In this document: piece by piece, positions 9,968-19,276 of the stretch
Layout: the number at the start of each line of letters is the position of its first letter
Numbering within the stretch: position 1 is the first letter of the stretch
Source of the DNA: a bacterium
GTDB taxonomy: Bacteria > SAR324 > NAC60-12
Direction: 5' to 3'
Assembly: GCA_965205865.1 (NCBI GenBank)
Contig: CBDBHR010000024.1
Location: 32,001 to 96,000, forward strand
DNA length: 64,000 bases
The notes under the pieces: generated by a model
The model's input: only the letters and a program-made list of their open reading frames with translations
The model's database searches: none
Told to the model about the DNA's origin: nothing
Program-made: the position numbers and the translations under genes

Positions 9968-10650
9968 TATTTTTTTATACTTGAAACGGGTTAATTTTAA
10001 AATCTGTGAAAATCTGTGCAATCTGCGGATAATCTGTTACATCATTGTATGTGTAAAAACTTTTGTTCATGTACTTAATTTATATAATCGTTCTGCAAAT
10101 GATGGTCAAGGTTTTTTTGAATAGGCCGACTCATTCATTCAGGAGTGTATTCTGATGATCAACAAAAATACCTTTTCATATTGAAATACAGAAGTCAACA
10201 TTTTTGTTTGGCACTGTTCAATTCCCCGTTGACAGTTTCTAAAAATCCTCTGGTGATGATATGATGTTTCACATGACTTTCGGCTAAATAAATATGAGCG
10301 AAATTGAAATAAAACCTGCAGCCAAAGATGATTTCTCAAGAACTATCACAAAAGAAAACAAAAGACCAGCAGAAATGCTTTAACCCTCTTTGAGGCCTCA
10401 GAGGGGGTGAAGGCCTCTTTTGATCGTTGGCTCTCTTGTGAAAAACATGATGCCCTGAGGAAGGCCGCGACTTGTTTTCCTTCCCCCTCACAAGCCTGAA
10501 CTTTGCGATTGGCACCGCAGAAAAACTCGACAGAATAGACAAATTTTCTCAAAATCAACGATTCTCTCCAAAAAGGCATTCCCTCACCCAATTGAGATCA
10601 GTGCCTTACCAAGGAAGAAAAAGCAGCCGATGAGGAAACAATTTCCACTA

Positions 10651-11819
10651 GTGTGTCGCTCTTTTATTAATGTGTAAAAAAATCCTTGGTTTGCTATACT
10701 ACGAGCTGTCCTTTTTTTTGCATATATGGAGACAGCATGAGAAAAGCACCAAGTATAAAACTGACCCGGGAAGAACGGGATGAATTGGGCAAAACCGCAC
10801 GCCGTCATACCGGAGCGATGCGAGACACTCGTCGTGCGCGCATCATCCTGTTGGCTGCTGATGGCCTTAAGAATCAAGAAATTGCCAAAACGCTTGGAAC
10901 CAGCGGTAATGCCGTTGGAAAGTGGCGACGGCGCTTTGTTGAAAAAGGAATAACAGGTCTCAATGATGATCCGCGGCCTGGCAGGACACGCATTTATGGA
11001 GCGGATAAAATCGAGGAGATTGTGAAGAAAACCATTGAAGAGAAGCCTGAGGACCGTACCCATTGGAGCACGCGATCGATGGCCAAGGCAGTTGGCGTAG
11101 GCAAGACAACCGTCGGTAAAGTATGGAAGGCCCATCGCCTCAAGCCTCATCTGGAAAAAACATTTAAGTTGTCGCATGATAAGCATTTCACTGCGAAACT
11201 GAAAGATGTCATCGGTTTGTACATGAATCCTCCTGAGAAAGCGCTGGTCTTGAGCGTCGATGAGAAATCACAAATCCAGGCACTCGATCGCACCCAGCCA
11301 GGTCTGCCACTGAAACCAGGGCGCAATGGCACCAGAACTCATGATTATATCCGTCATGGCACCTGCTGTCTGTTTCTGCTTTGAATACGCAACAGGGATG
11401 CTCGCTCGCTGTGAAAAACGGCACCGACACCAAGAGTATCTGCGCTTCCTGCGTCTTATTCAAGACTACCTCGAAGCAACTGCAGGTAACTTGATCCTGG
11501 ACAATTACGCCACCCACAAACATCTTAAGGTGAAAGAATGGCTCAAAAAAACCCGCGATTTCACCCGCATTTCATTCCTACTTCCTCCTCATGGCTGAAC
11601 ATGGTGGAACGCTTTTTTGGCAAGATCACTGCAGAACGGATTCGACGAGGCGCCTTCAAAAGCGTGCTCGATTGACCGAAGCCATCCATAGTTACATCGA
11701 GACACACAATCGCAACCCAAAACCCTATGTCTGGACTAAAACTGCCGAAGAAATTATCAACAAACTCAAACCTGTCTACCAAATGACCAATAATACAATG
11801 TATTAAACAGGCAATACAC
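10651..11819 (+). mobile_element. IS630-family element; transposase (10737-11806) broken by several frameshifts
   Basis: [37 protein letters not shown] motifs; imperfect IRs GTGTGTCGC/GTGTATTGC flanked by TA. Confidence 0.88.
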
Positions 11820-11967
11820 TAGGGAAACCCTCTTTGCTTTCCTGGAGCACCTGAGGGAGGAGGTCAAATCCTCCGTGAGGCGCCTTCCTCCCGTGACTAT
11901 TTTGAAAAGAGAACCCTTTGATCAAGATTGAAAATCGTTCTTCTTTTGTCGGGTGATGGCTCACTTT

Positions 11968-12510
11968 TCAGGAGCGATTGAGTTGAGATTGAAGCTGTTA
12001 AAGCAGGCGCTGTAGCTCTTCTTTCCTTTTTCGAATCAACTCTTCTTGAGGAGTCATCTCTTGTTTGAGAAAGTTATGAGTCATGTGGATTTGACCAATC
12101 AGTTTTCCTTTTTCCAGACCTTCTTCTCGACCTTCTTCCAAACCTTGTGATTTTCCGATTTGGATCAGTTCTTTTCCGGCGACGGTTTCCTCCAATGGGG
12201 TCAATTTAAGCATGTTTTCTATCTCCTTTATCGTCAATTGAGAAAACTTCTCTACAATAGCTTAGTACTCTGTCAACGTTATGAAATCAGGGGACACGTA
12301 ACAAAAAAGTACATGTCCCCCAATTTTCAACCCGACAATAGTTGAGTGACAGGGTAATAGGTTAACAACTCGATCAAATGTCTTTTCTCAGAATCCCCTG
12401 AATCGAACCTCTCCAGCGTGTTTTTCCATTGAGGTATTTTTTCTTCCAATTCTTCTCGACTCTCCAGGACAAAAGGTTCCAAAACCATCAGCGCTTGTGA
12501 GGTTGGGTCC
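11968..12510 (-). pseudogene. Rpn/DUF2887-like gene fragment, 5'-truncated and interrupted by a ~95-bp MITE
   Basis: Frame LEEKIPQWK...LIELLT | AIVEKFSQLTIKEIENML...GLEEGREEGLEKG joins across the insertion. Confidence 0.7.
12263..12359. mobile_element. Small MITE with imperfect IRs and an internal GGGGACA palindrome
   Basis: TAGTACTCTGTCA / TGACAGGGTAATA ends; interrupts a coding frame. Confidence 0.55.
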
Positions 12511-12573
12511 TGTGCTTTTCATGAAGTTTTGTGGCAGACTGTCAGTTCATCTCTACTACATTGGTCATGATCA

Positions 12574-12602
12574 GGTGGACGCAAGTGACCTTGACGTTGG
12601 CT
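12574..12602 (+). other. Right half of an integron attC site (R' GTTGGCT at 12596-12602)
   Basis: GTGGACGCAAGTGACCTTGAC-GTTGGCT; GTTGGCT is the exact complement of the downstream R'' AGCCAAC. Confidence 0.6.
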
Positions 12603-12658
12603 GGCGAATGGGATGCTGACCATTGTAATCAGCATAAACAAAATGGAATTTTCAAATA

Positions 12659-12687
12659 TTGAACAAAGATTGGGAATCTGGTACAAT
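12659..12687 (+). promoter_or_regulatory. Cassette-internal promoter for Uma2
   Basis: TTGAAC-N17-TACAAT with TG extension. Confidence 0.6.
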
Positions 12688-12734
12688 ATCTGGTACAACA
12701 AAAGAAAAATTTAAAAACTCTAAAAAGAGGTCTT

Positions 12735-13211
12735 ATGAATTGGAAAGAGGTATGCGCAGATCCTAATTTAAGCGATTTACCGTACAAAATTGAACTCAAT
12801 GAAAGAGGACAAATTCTTATGAGTCCAGCTAGGCTTTTACATTCACTCTATCAAGCAAAAATTATTAAATTGCTAATAAAATTGATTGATCATGGTGAAG
12901 TCATCCCAGAGTTTGCTATCGCCACAGAGAAAGGGACAAAAGTACCTGATGTTGTCTGGTGCTCAGAAGAATTACTCAATCAGGTGAAGTATGATCCTGA
13001 AAGTTCAATAGCCCCTGAGTTATGTATTGAGGTTCTCTCACCTACGAACACAGACAATGAAATCGATGAAAAAAGAAATCTCTATTTCAGTTTAGGGGCT
13101 AAGGAAGTCTGGATATGTGATGAAAAAGGAGAAGTGCAATTTTACAATAAGGCTGGAAAAATAAAAAACTCAAATATGTGTCCTCCTTTCCCTGATTTAG
13201 TTAAAGTCTAG
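12735..13211 (+). CDS. Uma2 (DUF820) family putative endonuclease, integron cassette gene
   Basis: MSP...H, VPDV, APELCIEVLSP, YFSLGAKEVWI motifs. Confidence 0.9.
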   Translation: MNWKEVCADPNLSDLPYKIELNERGQILMSPARLLHSLYQAKIIKLLIKLIDHGEVIPEFAIATEKGTKVPDVVWCSEELLNQVKYDPESSIAPELCIEVLSPTNTDNEIDEKRNLYFSLGAKEVWICDEKGEVQFYNKAGKIKNSNMCPPFPDLVKV

Positions 13212-13218
13212 CCCCCTC

Positions 13219-14040
13219 AGCCAATCGGGATAGGAAGGGGTTTTTCTCCCGTCCCTCCCACACCACCCCGCATACGGGTCCGTACGGGGCGATTCCCAAA
13301 GAGTGTCGGGCCGTAGCCGGACCAGATTTGCAACCACAAACCTGTACGTTTATTCGTCCCACAACGCACCTATTTTAATCATCTCCACCGGTCGGCTTCA
13401 TCAATGTACAGAGCATATGGGATAGAGCGTTCTCTTGGGTTCGGGCCTTCACTCTCCAGGAGCTACTATGCCCTCGGCTGACTTCTGACCGCCTTCGTTG
13501 CCGATTACTCGACACCGCGCTACCTGAGACAAACGAGAAGAAGGAGAGTGATGCGCAAGAGAGGAATTAACCGCTCCTGGCTCTTCTAGTCTTCATCTCA
13601 CTATCTCCGACCGCATCACGATCAGATCTCCCCGGGTAAGAGCATGAACTTTCCCTACACAATCGCAGCATTTACCATCCTCCTTAATCCGAGTGGACAT
13701 CGCAATGTCGTGCTTGCTCGCCCCGAAGTTCAGCCTTATATGCTGTTTCTGTCCGTCGACTCGTAGGTTTGCGCTTAGGCTTCCTCCGCACGGCTCGTCA
13801 CCTCCCCGCACTTGCCCTCGGCTAGTACTTTTTAAAGTTGTAATCATAAGCTGACTAGTATACTTTTCGGATAATGTACAGGGGACTCACACCCCATAAG
13901 TTCATGCCCATGCCGGGCACACACAAGCCGCATGCAGCAGACGTCCACTACTCACTTTGACTCCGTGGATTGAGTAAAGTTTTACCGTCATCGTCGCAAT
14001 GTTTTATGGGTGGACGCTGCTGATGACTTAATTGTTAAAT
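13219..14040 (+). other. attC site (about 123 bp without the intron) interrupted by a group II intron
   Basis: R'' AGCCA|AC, L'' CATGCAGC (13931), L' GCTGATG (14019), R' GTTAAAT (14034); arms CAGCAGACGTCCAC / GTGGACGCTGCTG. Confidence 0.8.
13224..13922 (-). ncRNA. Group IIC-attC intron, ORF-less (699 nt)
   Basis: 5' GTGTGCCCGGCATGG; GAAGTCAGCCGAGGGCATAGTA; domain V GAATCGCCCCGTACGGACCCGTATGCGGGGTGGTG; 3' CCTATCCCGAT; inserted at TTGT|T of the attC bottom strand. Confidence 0.9.
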
Positions 14041-14097
14041 GCTCTGTTCACAGACAAAATTTCTTATTTATTCCCCTCTAATCCAGTAATATTATTT

Positions 14098-14126
14098 TTG
14101 ACAAAATGCACACGATGTATTACTAT
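14098..14126 (+). promoter_or_regulatory. Promoter of the toxin-antitoxin cassette
   Basis: TTGACA-N17-TACTAT; ATG only 6 nt downstream. Confidence 0.75.
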
Positions 14127-14132
14127 TAGGTT

Positions 14133-14414
14133 ATGAAAGATTTTGAATGGAACAAAGAGAAAAATGAATGGCTAAAGGAACAGCGGGACATTTCTTTTGA
14201 AGAGATTGTTTACTTTATTGAGAATGGAAGTTTGCTTGATAGTTATGAGCATCCCAATAAAAAGAAATATCCGAGACAATCAATATTTGTTGTTCAAACA
14301 GATTCTTATATTTATTTAGTTCCTTACGTTGAAGAAGATGCCTATTATTTTCTGAAGACAATCATTCCCAACAGTGAAGCAAAAAAGAAATATATGGAGG
14401 AGAACAATGAGTAA
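14133..14414 (+). CDS. BrnT-like (DUF497) toxin
   Basis: FEWNKEKNEWLKEQRDISFEE...FLKTIIP. Confidence 0.8.
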   Translation: MKDFEWNKEKNEWLKEQRDISFEEIVYFIENGSLLDSYEHPNKKKYPRQSIFVVQTDSYIYLVPYVEEDAYYFLKTIIPNSEAKKKYMEENNE

Positions 14415-14676
14415 AAAAAATTACAAGTTCGATGCCCAAGAGCAAGCAATTCTTGATTCTTTCAATCGTGGAGAATGGGTATCAAAAGGCGAAAACCTGG
14501 ATAAATACAAAGAGGTGGCAAAGAAAACCTTCGCAAAAACGCATCGGATCAATTTTCGCGTGAGTGAAAAAGATTTTAGAGGAATTCAAGTTAAAGCTAG
14601 AGAGGAAGGAATCCCCTACCAAACCTTAGTATCCAGCGTGGTTCACAAGTATTTAACAGGTCAATTGAAACAATAG
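14407..14676 (+). CDS. BrnA/CopG-like antitoxin
   Basis: RINFRVSEKDF...AREEGIPYQTLVSSVVHKY; GGAGGAG SD; overlaps the toxin end. Confidence 0.8.
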   Translation: MSKKNYKFDAQEQAILDSFNRGEWVSKGENLDKYKEVAKKTFAKTHRINFRVSEKDFRGIQVKAREEGIPYQTLVSSVVHKYLTGQLKQ

Positions 14677-14684
14677 ATTGACGC

Positions 14685-15945
14685 CATAGGTGTTCGGGAT
14701 TTTAGATCTCATGCAGCCTTTTTAAGCTCTAGGGTTTGATCGATAGGGCTTTTCGAGGTTGTTTGCCTGAGAGTTTCGAGTTCCTCGGTCAAGATTCGTT
14801 TCAGTCGCATTAACGAAGTTTCTCTGTGTTTGTAATTGGGGTCGTAGATCACATCGGCAAAAAGAAGAATTTTCCAGAGTAAGTTCTCGAATGCCTGTGG
14901 AGCAGGCTCTAGAAAAAACGGACAAAATCTTCGGCTAATAAGGCCGCGATTTTTGCGATCCGTTGAAAGGAAATCGCCAATTTCTTTTCTGGCTTGAGTT
15001 GAGCTTGTCCGATATGCAGAATTGAAGAGGAGGCGAGATGCCCGGCCAGAGAAGCCAAGAGCAGGTTTTGAATAATATAAGGATTGTTCGAGGTCATGCG
15101 CTCGGCATTCAAGGAGGATTTGTTCGATTTAAAAATCAGTTCCACTTGCCACCTCAAACGATACAGGGGGTAGAGGAGGGCAGCGGGAACCTTTAAATTG
15201 GTTAAGTAAAAGTGGTTGTGGCGTTGGCTCTTATTCCAGAAACCGATCGCCCGACAGCTCAACAGTTGCTCTTGATGGAGTTTCTCGATACGAACCTCAA
15301 TGAGGTCTTGACGCTTTTTACGAAAAGGAATGCTCATCAAGTCCTTACCGATCCGTTCCAGAGGGTAAAGCTCGTCGAATCGACTAACTGAATGCTGCTC
15401 ACGCCCAACTCTTTGAGCAGCTGCGAGCCATAACCGGCTCTTTGGCACAGGTGGCTCATCAAGTGCGAAACCGTCTCCAGCAGCAAGGTGTTCAGTCGTT
15501 TGCGCGAGAGGCGTTCCCAGAAGGCACTGCGGCTGATGTCATCTCCTAAATGCTTTTTCATCAGGCGCCGCAAGCTTTCCAGCGACGGGAGTTTGGTATC
15601 GAGTTGAAAACAGAACATCAAGTTGACGACAAAATCGTAGGGACTGATTTCAGTCCGCTTGTCCTGAGAGGGAAGAATGCGTTGAAGCACTTGTTTCATA
15701 GTGCTAAGAATGTTAATTTCTTTCATGGTGGTCTCCTGCTGATCGGGAGTGGAAACTCCCTTGGTTTTGGTATTTCAGCAAGGATACCGTCTTCAATGTC
15801 AATAGGCTATTGAAATGATGATGCGAAAAACTCCGAATACCTCTGATTCCGGAATGTAATTAACCAGTTAGGAAACTGACAGAATATTGCTACCAAATCT
15901 TTGTATATAACTGAAATTATTGAATTTAAATCCAGAACACCTATG
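14685..15945 (-). mobile_element. IS4-family element with internally deleted, frameshifted transposase (14722-15726)
   Basis: IRs CATAGGTGTTC(G/T)GGATTT; LVDST and YRLRWQVELIFKSNKS (YREK) motifs; no target duplication seen. Confidence 0.85.
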
Positions 15946-15989
15946 AGGTTGGAAGTTTATCATTTTTATGTTGGCTCACTGGAATTCCC

Positions 15990-16017
15990 TCAAAACCGGT
16001 GATCACAGACGTTATAC
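15990..16017 (+). other. Right end of an attC site (R' GTTATAC)
   Basis: CCGGTGATC-ACAGAC-GTTATAC has L'-spacer-R' geometry; left arm missing. Confidence 0.5.
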
Positions 16018-16235
16018 ATTGAGACCTGGACTAGAATGTGGGGAAGGTGAACAGACTGGAGAATGAGGATGAGTGAAGCGCAAAAGATTGATCTCATCAC
16101 GCATTAAGCGTCCTGGAAGGATGGCATAGGACTTGACATCTTTCAGGGGAGGTGATAGAGATAGAGTGCATTCTTGAGGAGCATCCTAGTGGTTTAAAAC
16201 AGTGCGATAAGAAGGACCTGATAGCAAATCTCAGC

Positions 16236-17258
16236 ATGGAAAAAGAGGGATGGATCGATGGTATGCCTCGTGATGAGCGGGGATTCTGGCACCCTGACAG
16301 AGGGACAGGCCCCCCCTAGTCCTTTGTTTGCCTGGCCACCCAAGCCCCTCGCGGCTTTCAAATACCTGTTTCGTTTCCCGGGTTACCTGTATCCGTGGCA
16401 AATCCTCTATTTTGGCCTCGCCACGGTCACGTGGCTCTACTTCCTGCCCGCCTTATCCCGCTGTGTCACCTTCCAACCAAGCTGGATCCTGGAGATGTTT
16501 GTCCGCAACCTCGTGCTGCTGGTCCTCATCTTTGGTGCCTGGCACTACTGGCTTTGGTCGCGAAAGTCCCAGGGGCTCCAGTACAAATACAACGCCGAGT
16601 GGCTGGAGACGGGAAAGCGGAAGTTCCTCTGGGGAGACCAGCTGCGCGACAACATCTTCTGGTGTTGTGTCAGCGCGGTTCCGATCTGGACGGCGTATGA
16701 AGTGCTGATGATGTGGGCCTACGCCAACGAGATGCTGCCCTACATCGATCCGCGAGAAGAGCCGGTCTACTTTATCGTGCTGCTTGTCTGTATACCTATC
16801 ATTCGACTCTTCCACTTCTACTGGGTCCATCGTCTCTTGCACTGGCCCCCCCCCTCTTCAAAAGGATACACTACATCCATCACAAAAACATCAACCCCGG
16901 GCCCTGGTCCACTCTTGCCGCGCATCCGATTGAGCACATTATTCTCTTCAGCAGTGTGCTGATTCACTGGATCGTGCCCTCGCATCCCATCCACGTGCTG
17001 ATGAACATGCATCACAACACCATCAACGCGCATCATGGGCATCTCGGCTTCCAGAAGCTGGTCCTCAAGGGAAACCTCCAGGTTGGCGGTGCCAGCAGTT
17101 ATTTTCATCATCTGCATCACCGTTACTTCGAGTGCAATTACGGAGAAACCGTCGTGCCGTTGGATCATTGGTTCGGGACCTATCACAATGGCTCTCCCGA
17201 GGCCCACGAAGCGATCCTGAAGAAGCAAGCCCAGAAAAACATGAGGCATAGTGCCTAG
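16236..17258 (+). CDS. Sterol desaturase / fatty-acid hydroxylase family protein, split by two frameshifts in C-runs (C7 at 16310-16316, C9 at 16846-16854)
   Basis: Three frames join: MEKEGW...RDERGFWHP / PLFAWPP...HFYWVHRLLH / HYIHH...HPIE...HHLHH...NYG. Confidence 0.85.
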
Positions 17259-17360
17259 AATGCAGGAATCGACTGAAACGGATGTTTGACTAGGGGCTCC
17301 TTTTGTCCGCTTACCAGATTTACGTTTCCTCTATTCTCCAGCGGGTCTTCCGTTTCCGGC

Positions 17361-17400
17361 AAAAAATTCCCTCCCACCCACTTGGGGCAGGAGGGAGGAA
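17361..17400 (-). terminator. Intrinsic terminator after SBP3
   Basis: CCCTCC...GGAGGG stem plus AATTTTTT; related to 1329-1365. Confidence 0.6.
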
Positions 17401-17424
17401 CAGGGGCGAGTTTCGAAGGAATGC

Positions 17425-19257
17425 CTAGAAGCCCATTTCTTTCTTCAGCTCCTGGTCAATCCAGAGTCGGGAGAACACCACGGTGCGGTCACTGTCGCCA
17501 ATATCGCTTTCCCCGTTGTAGCCTTTGACCCAGGGCTGGTGGGCGTGAAATTGGGGAACCCTCCCGCCCCAGAGGATCCAGTGGTTTTTTGTGGCATACA
17601 TGTCTGCCTCTCTAACCAGTCGCTGGTGCTCCTCAAGGGTGGTGGCGTTTTGCGCCGCTGCCCACAAACGGTCCATCTCGGGGTCCTGGGCACCGGTGGG
17701 GTTCCATCCGCTGGTCGAGACAAACTGGAGCAGCGCGGAGGGGTGATTTTCGTAGCCTGAGATATAGCTGATCAGACCGTCGTATTCGTGCTCACGAACA
17801 CGCGCGGCCCAATTGGCCCCATCCGTATTGATCATCTTGACCTCCACGCCAATTCTACCGAAGAACTCGATTGCCAATTCGAAGTAGCTATGATCCCAAA
17901 CCGAGATCGGCTCAAGCGTGGTCGAGAAGCGAATGCCGTCCGAGCCGCGCGGATAACCGGCCTCATCCAGGAGTTTTTCAGCCCCTGCCGGGTCATATCG
18001 ATAGAACTGCTTGATCTCCTCCGGCCACTGCTCGAAGGGCGTGACATAGCCGACCATAGCGGGCCCGAGGAATCCCTGGGGTGTGATGTCCGCCCAGCCC
18101 TGCCAGTAGGTTTTGTTGATCGTCTCCAGGTCGAGTGCCATCTGCAGCGCATGACGAACCCGGATGTTGTTCATCGGTGTCTTTCTCTGGTTCAGACCGA
18201 ACGACGTCTCCGAGCGGTACGAGTAGGGTGACAGCACGATGTCGGGGTTGGTCCGCTTGAGGCTCTCTGACTGGTCGATGTTGCTGATCTGCGAGTTGCC
18301 TAATATGGCGTTGACCTCGATGCGACCCGAGCGCAGCGCCGCCAGTCTGGTCGCCGGTTCCAGCAAGACCAGAGCCCGCAACTTGTCTATATACGGTAAG
18401 CGGTTCTGCGGATACTTTTCATCGAAGCCCCAGTAGTCGGGATTCTTTTCCCAGCTGATGGAACTGCCTTCGACCCAGTCAGTCAGCATCATGGGGCCGG
18501 TGCCAACCAGGTTGCGCCAGTCCTGCACGTTGCCATGCGCCTCGATGACCTCGGGCGGATAGACATAGTTGAGGCTGGCGACAAGAATCGTCTTGAGGGC
18601 ATCGAAGTTTAGCTTACCCAGTCGAAAGACGACGGTCGATCCTTCGGCTGTTACCGATTTGAAGTCAACATCTTTGATCGACGAGTGGTTCGCGGCTCCT
18701 GCAGTCATCTCGGTAAAACCGCTACCAAGGCCCAGCTGACGTTGAAAGTTGTATTCGACATCCTTGGGGGTCAAGGCCCTTCCGTTCATCGGGGTCTTGT
18801 TATGCCAGTGCACCCCCTGGCGGATGTGGAAGATATAGGTCAGCGGGTCGGGGATCTCCCAGCTTTCAGCCAGTTGGCCTCTGATAATCTCCGCGGGGAT
18901 GTACGTCGTTCTGAAGTTGAACACGTCACGGTCGACTGCCCAGTCCCCGATGCCAAGCTTCTCAACAACGCCGGAGGCGGCTAACGGCGCGGATCCTCGG
19001 TCCGCAGTGTCGGGGGTTTCCGGTTCAACGGTCAGCGCATAGGTGAGCGTCCCGCCGTACTCAGGTGCTGTCACCATCTTGCCGGTGCTGGGATCTTTGA
19101 CCATCTTTTTCTCAGCCGCAACGGCCGGGCCCATCCAAAAGGCAAACGCACCCAGGATGAAGGCCAGCAGCAGGGCTTGGATTGTTCTGGTTTTGCTTTT
19201 TTCCATGATTCCTCCGCTTTCGTTTAGATTTTGGTTTTGATTCATTCGACGTCTCAT
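17425..19257 (-). CDS. ABC transporter family-5 solute-binding protein (SBP3); several in-frame ATGs, the ORF-track start lies inside IS1380
   Basis: Paralog of SBP1/2; DPSTGKMVTAPEYGGTLT. Confidence 0.92.
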   Translation of the reverse strand: MRRRMNQNQNLNESGGIMEKSKTRTIQALLLAFILGAFAFWMGPAVAAEKKMVKDPSTGKMVTAPEYGGTLTYALTVEPETPDTADRGSAPLAASGVVEKLGIGDWAVDRDVFNFRTTYIPAEIIRGQLAESWEIPDPLTYIFHIRQGVHWHNKTPMNGRALTPKDVEYNFQRQLGLGSGFTEMTAGAANHSSIKDVDFKSVTAEGSTVVFRLGKLNFDALKTILVASLNYVYPPEVIEAHGNVQDWRNLVGTGPMMLTDWVEGSSISWEKNPDYWGFDEKYPQNRLPYIDKLRALVLLEPATRLAALRSGRIEVNAILGNSQISNIDQSESLKRTNPDIVLSPYSYRSETSFGLNQRKTPMNNIRVRHALQMALDLETINKTYWQGWADITPQGFLGPAMVGYVTPFEQWPEEIKQFYRYDPAGAEKLLDEAGYPRGSDGIRFSTTLEPISVWDHSYFELAIEFFGRIGVEVKMINTDGANWAARVREHEYDGLISYISGYENHPSALLQFVSTSGWNPTGAQDPEMDRLWAAAQNATTLEEHQRLVREADMYATKNHWILWGGRVPQFHAHQPWVKGYNGESDIGDSDRTVVFSRLWIDQELKKEMGF

Positions 19258-19276
19258 GATTTCTCCTTTATCAATA

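Noticed and set aside
13593-13847. 84-aa ORF as intron-encoded protein
   Set aside because: Lies in ribozyme domain I and has no RT motifs such as YADD
16018-17258. Desaturase as a further integron cassette
   Set aside because: No matching GTATAAC or attC hairpin after the gene
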